Source: Escherichia coli (GTDB taxonomy: Bacteria > Pseudomonadota > Gammaproteobacteria > Enterobacterales > Enterobacteriaceae). From it: a stretch of DNA of 64,000 nt. The notes under the pieces were generated by a model that searched no databases, was not told the origin of the DNA, and saw nothing but the letters and a program-made list of their open reading frames with translations. Every line of letters begins with the position of its first letter. Positions within the stretch are counted from its first letter, which is position 1. Where the stretch lies: the NCBI RefSeq assembly GCF_030013595.1, contig NZ_CP122768.1; one strand, written 5' to 3'. Position numbers and translations under genes: made by a program. Below are positions 11,719 to 32,069 of the stretch, piece after piece.

Positions 11719-13206
11719 ATGTGGTTTCACTTTCTGCAATTAAGGTCGGCTTTGAATATCTCCTCTGCTTTACGCCAGGTTGTTCACGGCACTCGCTGGC
11801 ACGCCAAACGCAAGAGTTACAAAGTGTTGTTCTGGCGCGAGATAACCCCGCTTGCTGTTCCTATCTTCATGGAGAACGCCTGTGTCCTGTTGATGGGTGT
11901 CCTGAGCACTTTTCTGGTCAGCTGGCTGGGAAAAGATGCGATGGCCGGCGTGGGATTGGCGGACAGCTTCAATATGGTCATTATGGCTTTTTTTGCAGCT
12001 ATCGATCTTGGTACCACTGTCGTTGTGGCATTTAGTCTCGGTAAGCGGGATCGACGACGAGCGAGGGTGGCGACGCGGCAGTCATTGGTGATCATGACGT
12101 TGTTTGCCGTGCTGTTGGCAACGCTTATTCATCATTTTGGCGAACAAATTATTGATTTCGTTGCGGGTGATGCCACGACAGAAGTTAAAGCACTGGCGTT
12201 GACTTATCTGGAGCTGACGGTACTTAGTTATCCAGCAGCTGCCATCACTTTGATTGGTAGCGGGGCACTTCGTGGTGCAGGGAATACGAAAATACCGCTA
12301 CTGATTAACGGTAGCCTGAATATTCTTAATATTATTATTAGCGGCATATTGATTTACGGCCTTTTCTCTTGGCCGGGACTGGGATTTGTCGGGGCTGGGT
12401 TGGGTTTAACCATTTCTCGTTATATTGGCGCAGTGGCAATTTTGTGGGTGCTGGCGATTGGTTTTAATCCTGCGCTAAGGATTTCGTTAAAGAGCTATTT
12501 TAAACCGCTGAATTTTAGCATTATCTGGGAAGTCATGGGGATTGGTATTCCAGCGAGTGTCGAATCAGTGTTATTTACCAGTGGTCGGTTATTAACCCAA
12601 ATGTTCGTTGCCGGGATGGGGACCAGTGTTATTGCCGGAAATTTTATCGCGTTTTCAATTGCGGCTCTTATCAACTTACCCGGAAGTGCGCTCGGTTCTG
12701 CTTCTACGATCATTACAGGCCGAAGGTTGGGGGTAGGGCAGATAGCGCAAGCAGAGATTCAGTTGCGGCATGTGTTCTGGCTGTCCACTCTTGGATTAAC
12801 GGCTATCGCCTGGCTAACGGCTCCCTTTGCCGGGGTTATGGCATCGTTTTACACCCAGGATCCACAGGTTAAACATGTCGTTGTGATTCTGATTTGGCTA
12901 AATGCTTTATTTATGCCTATTTGGTCTGCCTCATGGGTGCTACCCGCTGGATTTAAGGGGGCTCGCGATGCACGTTACGCCATGTGGGTTTCTATGTTGA
13001 GCATGTGGGGTTGCCGGGTTGTAGTCGGTTATGTGCTGGGAATCATGCTTGGCTGGGGTGTGGTTGGTGTCTGGATGGGAATGTTTGCCGACTGGGCTGT
13101 GCGGGCCGTGCTGTTTTACTGGCGAATGGTTACTGGACGTTGGCTGTGGAAATACCCTCGACCTGAGCCGCAAAAGTGTGAAAAAAAGCCAGTTGTGTCG
13201 GAATAA
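11719..13206 (+). CDS. yeeO: MATE-family multidrug/flavin efflux transporter
   Basis: Polytopic membrane protein; start chosen at MWFHFLQ to give 495 aa; the longer 546-aa ORF begins too close to the asnU terminator. Confidence 0.8.
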   Translation: MWFHFLQLRSALNISSALRQVVHGTRWHAKRKSYKVLFWREITPLAVPIFMENACVLLMGVLSTFLVSWLGKDAMAGVGLADSFNMVIMAFFAAIDLGTTVVVAFSLGKRDRRRARVATRQSLVIMTLFAVLLATLIHHFGEQIIDFVAGDATTEVKALALTYLELTVLSYPAAAITLIGSGALRGAGNTKIPLLINGSLNILNIIISGILIYGLFSWPGLGFVGAGLGLTISRYIGAVAILWVLAIGFNPALRISLKSYFKPLNFSIIWEVMGIGIPASVESVLFTSGRLLTQMFVAGMGTSVIAGNFIAFSIAALINLPGSALGSASTIITGRRLGVGQIAQAEIQLRHVFWLSTLGLTAIAWLTAPFAGVMASFYTQDPQVKHVVVILIWLNALFMPIWSASWVLPAGFKGARDARYAMWVSMLSMWGCRVVVGYVLGIMLGWGVVGVWMGMFADWAVRAVLFYWRMVTGRWLWKYPRPEPQKCEKKPVVSE

Positions 13207-13306
13207 ACGACAAAGTGCAGATTATTTCAGCAAACGATTTCAAATTTAAAAAACAGGCTTTGACATTGTGGATGAGCGTCGCTAATATTCGCCTCGTTCT
13301 CACGAT

Positions 13307-13382
13307 TCCTCTGTAGTTCAGTCGGTAGAACGGCGGACTGTTAATCCGTATGTCACTGGTTCGAGTCCAGTCAGAGGAGCCA
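13307..13382 (+). tRNA. asnW: tRNA-Asn (GUU)
   Basis: Identical 76-nt tRNA-Asn sequence. Confidence 0.95.
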
Positions 13383-13443
13383 AATTTTAGTTTTGAGACA
13401 TCTCTATGAGTCTCAAAACAGTTAAAAAATAAAAATTATTTTT

Positions 13444-13479
13444 ACCCGGTTACCTTGTAAAAAGTGACCGGGTTTTTTG
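13444..13479 (+). terminator. Intrinsic terminator downstream of asnW
   Basis: acccggt...accgggt hairpin followed by TTTTTT. Confidence 0.65.
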
Positions 13480-13836
13480 ATTTCTGTGTTTCGTGCGCTT
13501 AATTGAGTCTCACGCTTCAGTGAGCAAATTGCCCCTCCCCAACAGACATCACGATTCACAAGGTCAAAAACTCTGTTCCATGAAGTACCGTACAAAGATA
13601 AAGAGAAAAATGCCTTATGCGGGATGTTGATGTCACGTCTTTATCGGGAAACTATGCGTAATTACCACTTTGTCTTCTGTAATCAGAAAAAGAAAACCTG
13701 GAATTTTAATAAATATTATTTCTCTGGGAACGGGGATTTTTTATAAGCAATATGACGAGTTGAACATTATATTTTTTATAAGGATTATATGAGATTAAAG
13801 AAATCTGCCATAAAGACAGATTTCTTTAAAATATAA

Positions 13837-14553
13837 TTAGAGATTTGCGACGTTATGATAAACTTTTTGTACATCGTCGTCATCTTCAAGGGCATCAACA
13901 AGCCCTTCAAAGATTTCTAAATCTTCTGGGGAAAGCTCAACTTCAGATTGAGCAATCATTTCTAATTCTGTTGTTGAGAACTCAGTGATTCCAGCAGCTT
14001 TTAGAGCCGCGATTCCTTTATGAAGGTCAGTAGGTTCAGTATAAATAACAATGTTACCTTCTTCTTCGGTCACATCACGAACATCAACTTCAGCTTCAAG
14101 TAAAATTTCAAAAATATGGTCAGGGTCTGTTCCTTTAAATACAATCACACCCGTATTGTCAAACATATAGCTGACAGAACCTGCCGCTCCGATATTGCCG
14201 CCTTTTTTATTGAAAATTGTGCGAACGTTAGCAATCGTACGGTTAACATTGGAAGTCAAGGTCTCAGCGATAATCATTGAGCCATTAGGACCAAAGCCTT
14301 CATAACGGCCCTGCACGAACGTTTCATCTCCGCCGCCTTTGGCTTTATCAATTGCTTTATCAATAACATGCTTTGGAACTTGTGCCTGCTTTGCTCGTTC
14401 AATAACGAATTTTAAAGATGTGTTTAATTCTGGATCGGGTTCACCTTGTTTGGCAGCGGCATAGATTTCTACACCGAATTTTGCATAAATTTTAGACGTC
14501 GCACCGTCTTTAGCCGTTTTTTTAGCAACAATATTGGCCCATTTACGTCCCAC
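13837..14553 (-). CDS. yeeN: YebC/PmpR-family probable transcriptional regulator
   Basis: 238 aa, [12 protein letters not shown]... typical of the family. Confidence 0.9.
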
Positions 14554-14893
14554 TGGAATGATCTCCTCGAAAATTTATTTACATTACTGGTAAATCGTTA
14601 ACATGTGTTAATTCGGCATATTATATCATAACAGGAAAAATCTCGTCTATTAGAAATAAAAATATTCTAAAGCCATAATATTATATTTAATCTCATAAAA
14701 ACTAATGTCGTTGGCGGATTTTTTATAATTGTGTTTTGAAAGCATACTTGCTTTTAATATGTGGAAATCATTAAGGCTAGAATAAAACTCGTATCCGCCC
14801 CAGGAAGCAAACAGCCTGCTTTATTGCAGGCTATTTGCTGGATGACTTACTAAATCCTTCACATCTATTCCTGATAAAAAGGAACAGAACTTA

Positions 14894-16348
14894 TTACCGG
14901 AACGGCGGCTCATTAAATGTTCGTAATTTACGTGAATGCAGTCGGTCGCCTTCTGCGCGCAGCAAATCGATCGCCCGAATGCCAATTTGCAGGTGTTCGG
15001 AAATAGCGCCTTCATAAAAACGGTTAGCCTGACCGGGAAGTTTAATCTCACCATGCAACGGTTTATCTGAAACACACAGTAGTGTCCCGTATGGCACGCG
15101 GAAACGATATCCTTGCGCGGCAATGGTTGCACTTTCCATATCAATTGCTACGGCCCGGCTTAAGTTAAAACGAAGTGCAGAAGCTGAGTAACGTAATTCC
15201 CAGTTCCTGTCATCTGTGGTTACCACAGTGCCAGTACGTAGCCGCTGTTTAACTTCCTCACCGGGCCTGCCGCTGACTAACTTGGTAGCGTCATAAAGCG
15301 CACGTTGCACTTCAGCAATGCTCGGAATAGGAATATCGGGCGGCAGTACCGCATCAAGAACGTGGTCATCGCGTAAATAAGCGTGTGCAAGTACATAATC
15401 TCCAATGGCCTGGCTTTCACGTAAGCCACCACAGTGACCAATCATCAACCAGACATCCGGGCGTAGCACCGCCAGATGATCGCAGATGGTTTTTGCATTT
15501 GACGGTCCCACGCCAATATTCACCAGAGTAATACCCTGACCATCGGCGGTAATTAAATGCCATGCTGGCATCTGGTGTTTTTTCCATGCAAGGTCGGAAA
15601 TGGCTTCCTCTGGCGCTTCGGTTTCGGCGGTGATCCAGTTCCCGCCAGCACAAGAAAGGGCAATGTAGGGACTATCAGGGTCGAGGATCTGGCTGCATCC
15701 CCAACGAACGAATTCATCCACATAACGTGTGTAGTTGGTAAACAAGACGAACGGCTGAAAATGTTCAACTGGCGTACCGGTATAATGGCGCAACCGCGCG
15801 AGGGAAAAATCGACGCGGCGCGCATCAAAATGCGATAGCGGGGAGAATTCCGTTGGATGATAAATGCCGTCTGTAGTTTCATCGCCAATTTGCGCCAGTT
15901 CTGTTGTCGGGAAGTAGCGAGTTAACCCAGCGCTCATTGAGCGATCAAGTGTCAATTCAGAGCCATCGATGACATAAGGATAAGGGATTTCATGCTGCGA
16001 GGGTTGCACCGAGATATGCGCACCATAATCCTGATACAGCAACGTAAGTTGTTCATTGAGATACGAACGAAAGAGAGTAGGGCGAGTAATCGTGGTGGTG
16101 TAGCTGCCTGCGTGGGTAAAACGACCAAATGCGCGCGTTTTGGGGGGATTGGTTGTGCTACCGTCCCAGGTTACGGTCAGTGATGGATAGACAAAAAGAC
16201 CTTGTTTGCGGGCGTTTTCATCAGGTAATTCGCCACTTGTAATATATTTGCCAATGGCGTTGCGTAAAGCGACTACAGATTGCTCATACAGCGCGTCGAG
16301 TTTATCCAGTGCCTGAGCTGGGGTCAGACCGGAGCCCTTATTATTCAT
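14894..16348 (-). CDS. amn: AMP nucleosidase
   Basis: 484 aa from the internal start MNNKGSGLTPAQAL; the longer ORF has an implausible N-terminal extension. Confidence 0.9.
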   Translation of the reverse strand: MNNKGSGLTPAQALDKLDALYEQSVVALRNAIGKYITSGELPDENARKQGLFVYPSLTVTWDGSTTNPPKTRAFGRFTHAGSYTTTITRPTLFRSYLNEQLTLLYQDYGAHISVQPSQHEIPYPYVIDGSELTLDRSMSAGLTRYFPTTELAQIGDETTDGIYHPTEFSPLSHFDARRVDFSLARLRHYTGTPVEHFQPFVLFTNYTRYVDEFVRWGCSQILDPDSPYIALSCAGGNWITAETEAPEEAISDLAWKKHQMPAWHLITADGQGITLVNIGVGPSNAKTICDHLAVLRPDVWLMIGHCGGLRESQAIGDYVLAHAYLRDDHVLDAVLPPDIPIPSIAEVQRALYDATKLVSGRPGEEVKQRLRTGTVVTTDDRNWELRYSASALRFNLSRAVAIDMESATIAAQGYRFRVPYGTLLCVSDKPLHGEIKLPGQANRFYEGAISEHLQIGIRAIDLLRAEGDRLHSRKLRTFNEPPFR

Positions 16349-16449
16349 GTGTGTCTCCTGTTCCATACAATTACCGCACATCCGATAGTATGTCACAGGA
16401 ATGTGAAACAAAAGTGTAAGGCGAAGATCGGATGATCTTCGCCAGGCTA

Positions 16450-17766
16450 TCAAGCGCGTTGATTGTCTTTCATCAACAAAGCGGTCATTGCGGAAATCAG
16501 GCATCCAGCCAGCAAATAAATAGCGACGCTATGCCAGTTCCCGGCAAAGTAAGTGATGAGTGCAGCGGCAATAAAAGGTGTAAATCCACCGCCAACCACA
16601 CTGGCAACCTGATATCCGACTCCAGCGCCACTATAGCGATAACTGGCACCAAACATTTCGGTAAACATCGGTTGTTGCACGCACACCACCATGTCATGCG
16701 CAATGTTTGCCAGCATGATGGAGAAGAAAACTATCCAGAAAATAGATTGTGCTTCAAGCGCCATAAAGAAAGGAAATGCGCTCAACGTTCCGATCAACGC
16801 GCCTGTGATATAAACCCTGCGGCGACCAAAACGATCGGCAAGCCAGGCAAAACAGGGAATTGTCAGGCAGCTTAATCCACCGACCAGCAAACCAATATTA
16901 AGGAAAAGTTCGCGCGGTAACCCCATATTCTGGGTTGAATAATTAAGTGCAAAGGCGGTAACGATGTACATCGTCAGCAACTCGCACAGTCGTAGCGCAA
17001 TAATCTTCAGGAAAGCACCGGGATGTCGTAATAGTGCTTCGATAACCGGGATGCGTTTTTTCGCGGCCGCTTGATTATGTTGCTGTTGTTCAAATTCCGC
17101 GGACTCCTCCATGCCATTACGCACCCACAATGCTCCCAGTACCAGTACGATGCTAAACAGGAAAGGAATGCGCCAGCCCCAGCTTAAAAACTGTTCGTCA
17201 GTCGTCATCATACTGATTAATGAAACCAGTCCAGTTGAAAGCAGTAAACCTACACCGTAGCCAACTTGTACACCGCTACTGTAAAAGGCTTTTTTATTTT
17301 TCGGCGCACTTTCAACGGAAAGTAACGCCGCGCCTCCCCATTCGCCGCCGACGGCAAATCCCTGTATGGCACGCAGTGTCACCAGTAAAATGGGGGCCCA
17401 CCACCCAATGGTCGAGAAGGAAGGAAGAATACCAATCAAGGCTGTCGCGATACCCATCATCCAGACGGTCAGCATTAACATGCGCTTACGTCCCAGTCGG
17501 TCGCCAAAGTGACCGAAAATGACACCGCCGAGCGGACGGAACAGGAATCCGACACCAAAGGTGGCAAATGCGGCGAGCGTTCCCATAGCCGGGCTTACTT
17601 GCGGGAAAAACTCGCGATTAAACACCAGTGCGGCGGTAATGCCATAGAGTAAAAAATCATACCAGTCGACGACGGCACCAGCGAAACTGCCTAACGCAGC
17701 TCGTCGGGCGCGACTTAACGAAAGCGTCCCTTCATCGGGACGAGTGGAGATGAGCGTGGAGTCCAT
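16450..17766 (-). CDS. shiA: Shikimate/dehydroshikimate MFS transporter
   Basis: 438-aa MFS protein with 12 predicted helices. Confidence 0.9.
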   Translation of the reverse strand: MDSTLISTRPDEGTLSLSRARRAALGSFAGAVVDWYDFLLYGITAALVFNREFFPQVSPAMGTLAAFATFGVGFLFRPLGGVIFGHFGDRLGRKRMLMLTVWMMGIATALIGILPSFSTIGWWAPILLVTLRAIQGFAVGGEWGGAALLSVESAPKNKKAFYSSGVQVGYGVGLLLSTGLVSLISMMTTDEQFLSWGWRIPFLFSIVLVLGALWVRNGMEESAEFEQQQHNQAAAKKRIPVIEALLRHPGAFLKIIALRLCELLTMYIVTAFALNYSTQNMGLPRELFLNIGLLVGGLSCLTIPCFAWLADRFGRRRVYITGALIGTLSAFPFFMALEAQSIFWIVFFSIMLANIAHDMVVCVQQPMFTEMFGASYRYSGAGVGYQVASVVGGGFTPFIAAALITYFAGNWHSVAIYLLAGCLISAMTALLMKDNQRA

Positions 17767-18017
17767 AATGATCCTGTTTGTACTGTCTTTTTATAATTAG
17801 TATGGAAAAGGTAACTCACATTGCCGTCGATCTATAAACGAACCTTATGAGACTACCTCGACAGAGCGCATCTGCAAATGATTTTATGGCTGATTAGCGG
17901 CAACATGAAAAATTCGATGGAAGATGAAAGCGCAGGAGTTGCTGGTGTTGTTTAAGGATTAAGCAGAGGATCCACAGATTCGAGATATGAAACATAAAAG
18001 TCCGCATATGCACAAAA

Positions 18018-19133
18018 TTGCGCCCTGATGATTCTGATAGACTACATTGCATTATAACCAGTAGGGAGGCGAGGTTAGTTATGTTTTTAGCATCATTGTT
18101 GAGACGTATTGCATTTAGTTACTACGATTATAAAGCTAATAATTTCAATATTGGAAAAACAGACTTTGTTGTCATACATATTCCCGATCAGATTGGCGAT
18201 GCTATGGCCATCTTTCCAGTTATTCGGGCGATTGAAATGCATAAAATAAAGCATCTTTTAATTGTTACTTCGACTATTAATTTAGAAGTCTTTAATGCGC
18301 TCAAACTTGAACAGACTAAATTAACATTAGTCACAATGACTATGCAGGATCACGCAACATTAAAAGAAATAAAAGATTTAGCAAAGAATATAACACAGCA
18401 ATACGGTACGCCGGATCTTTGTATAGAGGCGATGCGTAAAAAGAACCTGAAAACGATGTTATTTATCAGTCAGTTGAAAGCAAAAACGAATTTTCAGGTT
18501 GTCGGTTTAACCATGAAGTGCTATTCCCCTTTGTGTAAGAACGCGTCCCGGATGGATCAGAATCTCAGGGCTCCCGTACCCATGACATGGGCGTTTATGA
18601 TGCGTGAAGCGGGTTTTCCGGCAGTCAGGCCAATATATGAATTGCCATTAAGCGAGGATGCACTCGATGAGGTGCGCGAGGAAATGCGATCGTTAGGAGC
18701 TTACATTGCGCTCAATTTAGAAGGTAGTGCACAGGAACGTACATTTTCATTATCGATAGCAGAAAATCTAATAGCAAAAATTAAAAATGAAACAGATATG
18801 CCAATAGTGATCGTTCATGGACCAAAAGGGGAAGATAAAGCCAGGGTATTAGTGGATTGTTATAATAATGTCTTCCGTTTATCCTTATCACCCTCGATTA
18901 AACGTTCGGCAGCAATCATAAAAGATGCTTATATCGCAATAACTCCTGACACCTCAATATTACATATGGCAAGTGCCTATAATACCCCCGTTGTTGCAAT
19001 TTATGCTGATTACAAAACGCGATGGCCCGCAATGGCCGATGTTTCGGAGTCAGTCGTCGTTGGGCAAAAAATTGACAATATAAGTCTGGATGAATTCGCA
19101 AAGGCATTAAAAAGTGTTTTGGCGAGAATATGA
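18018..19133 (+). CDS. yeeL: Putative GT9-family (heptosyltransferase-like) glycosyltransferase, apparently intact
   Basis: Single uninterrupted 371-aa ORF (true start may lie at a downstream Met); C-terminal ITPDTSILHMASAYNTPVVAIYAD resembles the GT9 signature; AT-rich relative to neighbours. Confidence 0.65.
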   Translation: MRPDDSDRLHCIITSREARLVMFLASLLRRIAFSYYDYKANNFNIGKTDFVVIHIPDQIGDAMAIFPVIRAIEMHKIKHLLIVTSTINLEVFNALKLEQTKLTLVTMTMQDHATLKEIKDLAKNITQQYGTPDLCIEAMRKKNLKTMLFISQLKAKTNFQVVGLTMKCYSPLCKNASRMDQNLRAPVPMTWAFMMREAGFPAVRPIYELPLSEDALDEVREEMRSLGAYIALNLEGSAQERTFSLSIAENLIAKIKNETDMPIVIVHGPKGEDKARVLVDCYNNVFRLSLSPSIKRSAAIIKDAYIAITPDTSILHMASAYNTPVVAIYADYKTRWPAMADVSESVVVGQKIDNISLDEFAKALKSVLARI

Positions 19134-19394
19134 GGCAGTATTTATGCATATTAATGCCGATCTGTTATGAACGGTGGTGTCATCAATACTCTGTGGCTGG
19201 TCAATCATTACAGAAAGCCAGCCTTTGGATCAAAGCTGTACTCACCGGATACAACCATAGTCACACCGAACGCGAATCTGGCGGTATCGCATTTTTATTT
19301 ATTCATTTTCTGTGAGAGAAGGGCAAGTTCTGTAGAGAGAATGTAAAAAAGAGCGCCCCGAATGGAGCACTCTTTAAGGAATTATAGCGGAAAA

Positions 19395-27376
<7,982 letters not shown>

Positions 27377-27689
27377 GCTTACCTTCCCTGAACGAGCTAA
27401 CATAAATGCGCCCTTTCTAGCACAGCGAAAAAAAGTAAATCCTGATAGCAATATGATTGAAAATTAATAACTTTTCGTTAGGCAGTTTTGGGTGTGAGTT
27501 GCAAGAGGGGAGACTACTGAATTACTCAAGTTTTATAATCGAGGGGAAAATGGTGATGGCGTCCATAGCAAAACGCCCTCAACCATTAAGGTCGAGGGCG
27601 CTTAAGATGTCAAAAACCCGCTATCCGTTAAAAAGCAATGCTCAACTAAGGTCAGTGACATTGCGCTAAAAAAGCGAATTTTTAGAATT

Positions 27690-27765
27690 TGGCTCCTCTG
27701 ACTGGACTCGAACCAGTGACATACGGATTAACAGTCCGCCGTTCTACCGACTGAACTACAGAGGA
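27690..27765 (-). tRNA. asnT: tRNA-Asn (GUU)
   Basis: Identical 76-nt tRNA-Asn sequence, with the same 5' leader as asnV. Confidence 0.95.
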
Positions 27766-27865
27766 ATCGTGTGAACGGGGCGCATATTACTTAGCGGTAC
27801 CTTGCCTGTCAACACTAAATTTCATAAGTCATTTCAATTGGTTAATTAATCTGCAAAGTTGTTAA

Positions 27866-28663
27866 TTAATGAACATTCGTCGCCGAAAACGAGTCTGTAT
27901 CATTAGCGTGATGCAGTCTCTGCAAAGGATCTTGTTGATAAAATTGGCAGAAACGTTGCCACAATGAAGGGAAACGAGGAGCAAAAAGTTCTGGGGCGCT
28001 AAAGAAATATTCAGAAAGTACGGCAAAACATTCAGCAGGATCACTGGCAGCATAAGCATCAATGCTCGCCGCATTCTCGCCAACCAATTCGATTTCTTCC
28101 TGAATGTTGTTCATTGCAGCATGAAGATCGTGTTCCCAGCCAGCAACCTCACGCAACGGAATAAAGGGAACTCCGCTGGCGCGATCGCCGTTACGGGTGT
28201 CCAGCTTATGAGCGACTTCATGAATAATCAGGTTAAAACCAGATGCATCAAAAGAATCTTGTATATCCAACCAGTTCAAAACGATAGGCCCTTGCTGCCA
28301 GCTCTGACCTGACTGAACAATACGTTGGTTATGCACCAGACCGATATCGTCTTCCCATTCATCATCGACCACAAATGGCGCAGGATAAATTAAGACTTCA
28401 TGAAAACCATCCAGCCATTCCAGTCCTAACTCCAGAACGGGCAGGCAAAATAGAAGTGCTATCCGGCAGCTTCTTAATGAATCCAGTTCAAAGCCCTGTA
28501 AAGGAACAAGCCGCTTTTGCTGTAAAAAACGTTCGGCAAGAGTGACTAATTTGCTTTGTTCCTGTTCCGTCAGACACGTTAAAAGGGGGATCGATAGTGC
28601 TTCCTGCCAGGGAAGGGCAGTTTGATGTGCTGATTCTTGTACTTTCCAGGGCCACTTAATCAT
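27866..28663 (-). CDS. mtfA: Mlc titration factor A (zinc-dependent peptidase family)
   Basis: 265 aa from MIKWPWK; HEVAH zinc-binding motif. Confidence 0.9.
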   Translation of the reverse strand: MIKWPWKVQESAHQTALPWQEALSIPLLTCLTEQEQSKLVTLAERFLQQKRLVPLQGFELDSLRSCRIALLFCLPVLELGLEWLDGFHEVLIYPAPFVVDDEWEDDIGLVHNQRIVQSGQSWQQGPIVLNWLDIQDSFDASGFNLIIHEVAHKLDTRNGDRASGVPFIPLREVAGWEHDLHAAMNNIQEEIELVGENAASIDAYAASDPAECFAVLSEYFFSAPELFAPRFPSLWQRFCQFYQQDPLQRLHHANDTDSFSATNVH

Positions 28664-28756
28664 CGTTTTGCTCGCAAACTCGTCACTTGAACAAAATTGC
28701 ACGGACAGGGACTGTTAAAATGCCAAATTTCCTGGCATCATGGCAACCATCTGAAC

Positions 28757-28846
28757 GGAGAGATGCCGGAGCGGCTGAACGGACCGGTCTCGAAAACCGG
28801 AGTAGGGGCAACTCTACCGGGGGTTCAAATCCCCCTCTCTCCGCCA
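28757..28846 (+). tRNA. serU: tRNA-Ser (CGA)
   Basis: 90-nt sequence GGAGAGATGCCGGAGCGGCTGAACGGACCGGTCTCGAAAACCGG...CTCTCCGCCA with long variable arm; anticodon CGA is wild type, not the supD form. Confidence 0.93.
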
Positions 28847-29392
28847 CTTTATCAATGACTTATCTCCCGACTTCCCGCCTTGCTTTTCCTAAACAGAACA
28901 ATCGTAGAATATTCTTGAAGGGTTAGATCGTCACTGTTTTCTGTTCGATACTGTGACATTCAGCACTTGATTCGCTATGGATCTGACAGGAAGGTTTCGA
29001 GCGAAAATCTGCAGTTATTCAGTCGTTTTCTTATCGGTCACCATTATTCTTTTAGACATTGATCCTACGAAGCTGCCGCAAAGTTGGTGGTGGGAACTGA
29101 AGTTGCGTAGAGAAGGGGTCAATAATTGAGCAAAAAAAGGAACGCGGCCGTCAGATTAAAGCCGCGGGACAAAGTCCATAATTTCCAAGAGTTGTTGAAT
29201 TTCCCAGCTTTTTTGAAAGCCTTTGTATCATACTAACAAGTAAAAAAGGTTTAAATACCAAAATTAACCTATATTTCTGGTTAGCTTTACCATGACAGAT
29301 GACTTGCTCCTGGAGACATTGGCGCAGCCAGTCTGTATTGGTGAGTTGTGTATTTATTGTTCGCCGTTTTCTCAGTTTTTTTCTACAGACAT

Positions 29393-29427
29393 AATAAAAA
29401 AGACACGTCTCAAGCATGAGCGTGTCT
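29393..29427 (-). terminator. Intrinsic terminator downstream of zinT
   Basis: gacacg...cgtgtc hairpin followed on the minus strand by TTTTTTATT. Confidence 0.6.
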
Positions 29428-29515
29428 GAGTTTGTCTTATTTATTTGTCTTGGTAAATTATTGTCGTTACTACCAGGCACTATTCTGTTAAATAATTGAA
29501 GTCAGCGCAAAAAAA

Positions 29516-30166
29516 TCAATGAGACATCATTTCCTCGACTACTTCTTCGCTACTCAACTGATAGGGATAATACGTTGGCCAGTTTTCCATTTCATTTAAT
29601 AAAGATTGCTGTGAATCATTACCCATAAAAATGTGAAAATGAGATGATTTTCGTGGTGCAATTATATGATCGCTAAATTGAATATATTTAGGGGCTTTGC
29701 TTTCAGGATCTTTACATTCGAATAAGTAACGAACGCCTTTCTTGCCTGATTTATAGGTGAGTATTTTGTATCCATCGTAATCATATTTACAGGATGTTGT
29801 TTCATTATTTCTATGGAATTCAACAATGCCGTCCTCAATGCCAATCATCTCGATATCTGTCACATAACCTTTGCGATAATAATCTTTAATTTCAGCAAAT
29901 GTTTTGGTTTTATCTGCATCCGCTTTCTTCTGAAAGACGGGGTCAAGTTTGCCACTTTGCAGTAAAGGATAAACGGATTGCCAGACTCCATCCCAGTCAC
30001 TTAGCGTTCGGTTTTGTACATTGGCATCATCAAAAACACCATTAGCAGCTTTTTGTTCGACCTCTGTTAAGGGTTTGCCGTGTGAGTGATGACCATGCGA
30101 AAAGGCTGGAGCGCTAACAATAAAGACACCTAAAGCAACAGCCAGTTTATGAAGACGAATCGCCAA
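29516..30166 (-). CDS. zinT: Periplasmic zinc/cadmium-binding protein
   Basis: 216 aa, signal peptide plus His-rich HGHHSHG motif. Confidence 0.92.
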   Translation of the reverse strand: MAIRLHKLAVALGVFIVSAPAFSHGHHSHGKPLTEVEQKAANGVFDDANVQNRTLSDWDGVWQSVYPLLQSGKLDPVFQKKADADKTKTFAEIKDYYRKGYVTDIEMIGIEDGIVEFHRNNETTSCKYDYDGYKILTYKSGKKGVRYLFECKDPESKAPKYIQFSDHIIAPRKSSHFHIFMGNDSQQSLLNEMENWPTYYPYQLSSEEVVEEMMSH

Positions 30167-30201
30167 AACAGTTTCCTCCAGAGTTAATGTATATGATGTG
30201 T

Positions 30202-30220
30202 AATGTTATATTGTAACATA
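30202..30220. promoter_or_regulatory. Putative Zur box (aatgttatattgtaacata)
   Basis: AT-rich palindrome resembling the Zur operator consensus, 36-54 bp upstream of the zinT start. Confidence 0.5.
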
Positions 30221-30422
30221 TAACAAAATGCAACAACTCTTAGGAGACAAGAGAATAGTTCTCTCAGGTGTGCTTAGCTATCTTATTGAAATAAAATAAA
30301 TTATGTCGATGATTTGAGGTTGATGACAAACGAAACATAACTTGATGCGATCTGTGTGGGCCGGATAGGGCGCTCGCGCCGCATCCGGCAGGGATAACGC
30401 GTACTTTGTCGGCAATATGAAG

Positions 30423-31058
30423 TTATAGAGATAATTTGTTGTGAACCTGCTTGCGTAACCGGTTGAAAAAGGAAAGCAACTTCTTATACCGTAAGGCTAA
30501 AAGCAGTACCGCCAGCCCAGCGTAGATGAGCGGCTGCGGTGAAATAATCTTCACTGACCACCAATAATGTATTGGGGCCAGGATCGCGACAAGATAGACG
30601 AAGTTATGCAACTGTTGCCAGTGTTTACCGAGTTTTCGCTGCATCGCCTGGGTTGAAGTGAACGCTAACGCAAGTAAAATTACCCAGCTGATAATACCTA
30701 ACGTTAAATAAGGCCGGGTAATTAACTCCTTACCTAATAACGCCAGATTATTCACGCCCAGCTCCAGCAATGCGTAACTGGTTAAATGCAGTGTCGCCCA
30801 GGCAAAGCACCATAAGCCTAACAGGCGGCGAGTGCGTATCAATAACGGCTGTTTTGCGTAGCGTGCCAGAGGTGTGATTAACAAGGTCGCCAGCAAAAAT
30901 TTCAGTGCAGTGCGACCAGTAAAATGCTGAATATCTTTCACCGGATCGGCACCCAGTCCACCGTGATTGATCGCCCAGACCAGCCAGAGAAACGGCAACA
31001 ATCCGGCAAGATGCAGGCTAACTTTCAGCCATGTCACCTGTTTTGCTGTCAGACGCAT
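30423..31058 (-). CDS. msrQ: Haem-binding membrane subunit of the periplasmic methionine sulfoxide reductase system
   Basis: 211-aa polytopic membrane protein immediately downstream of msrP. Confidence 0.9.
   Translation of the reverse strand: MRLTAKQVTWLKVSLHLAGLLPFLWLVWAINHGGLGADPVKDIQHFTGRTALKFLLATLLITPLARYAKQPLLIRTRRLLGLWCFAWATLHLTSYALLELGVNNLALLGKELITRPYLTLGIISWVILLALAFTSTQAMQRKLGKHWQQLHNFVYLVAILAPIHYWWSVKIISPQPLIYAGLAVLLLALRYKKLLSFFNRLRKQVHNKLSL

Positions 31059-32069
<1,011 letters not shown>

Noticed and set aside
27457-27669. 70-codon ORF between the yeeJ start and asnT
   Set aside because: Low-complexity sequence with no ribosome-binding context, lying over the tRNA terminator and the yeeJ promoter region; likely noncoding.
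28757-28846. Amber-suppressor tRNA (supD allele of serU) as an explanation for the two TAG codons
   Set aside because: The anticodon reads CGA (wild type), and all four tRNA-Asn copies have GUU; nothing in the window suggests suppression or recoding.
27690-28846. Prophage or genomic island integrated at asnT or serU
   Set aside because: No integrase, phage genes or duplicated tRNA 3' ends were seen; the flanking genes mtfA and yeeJ are core.
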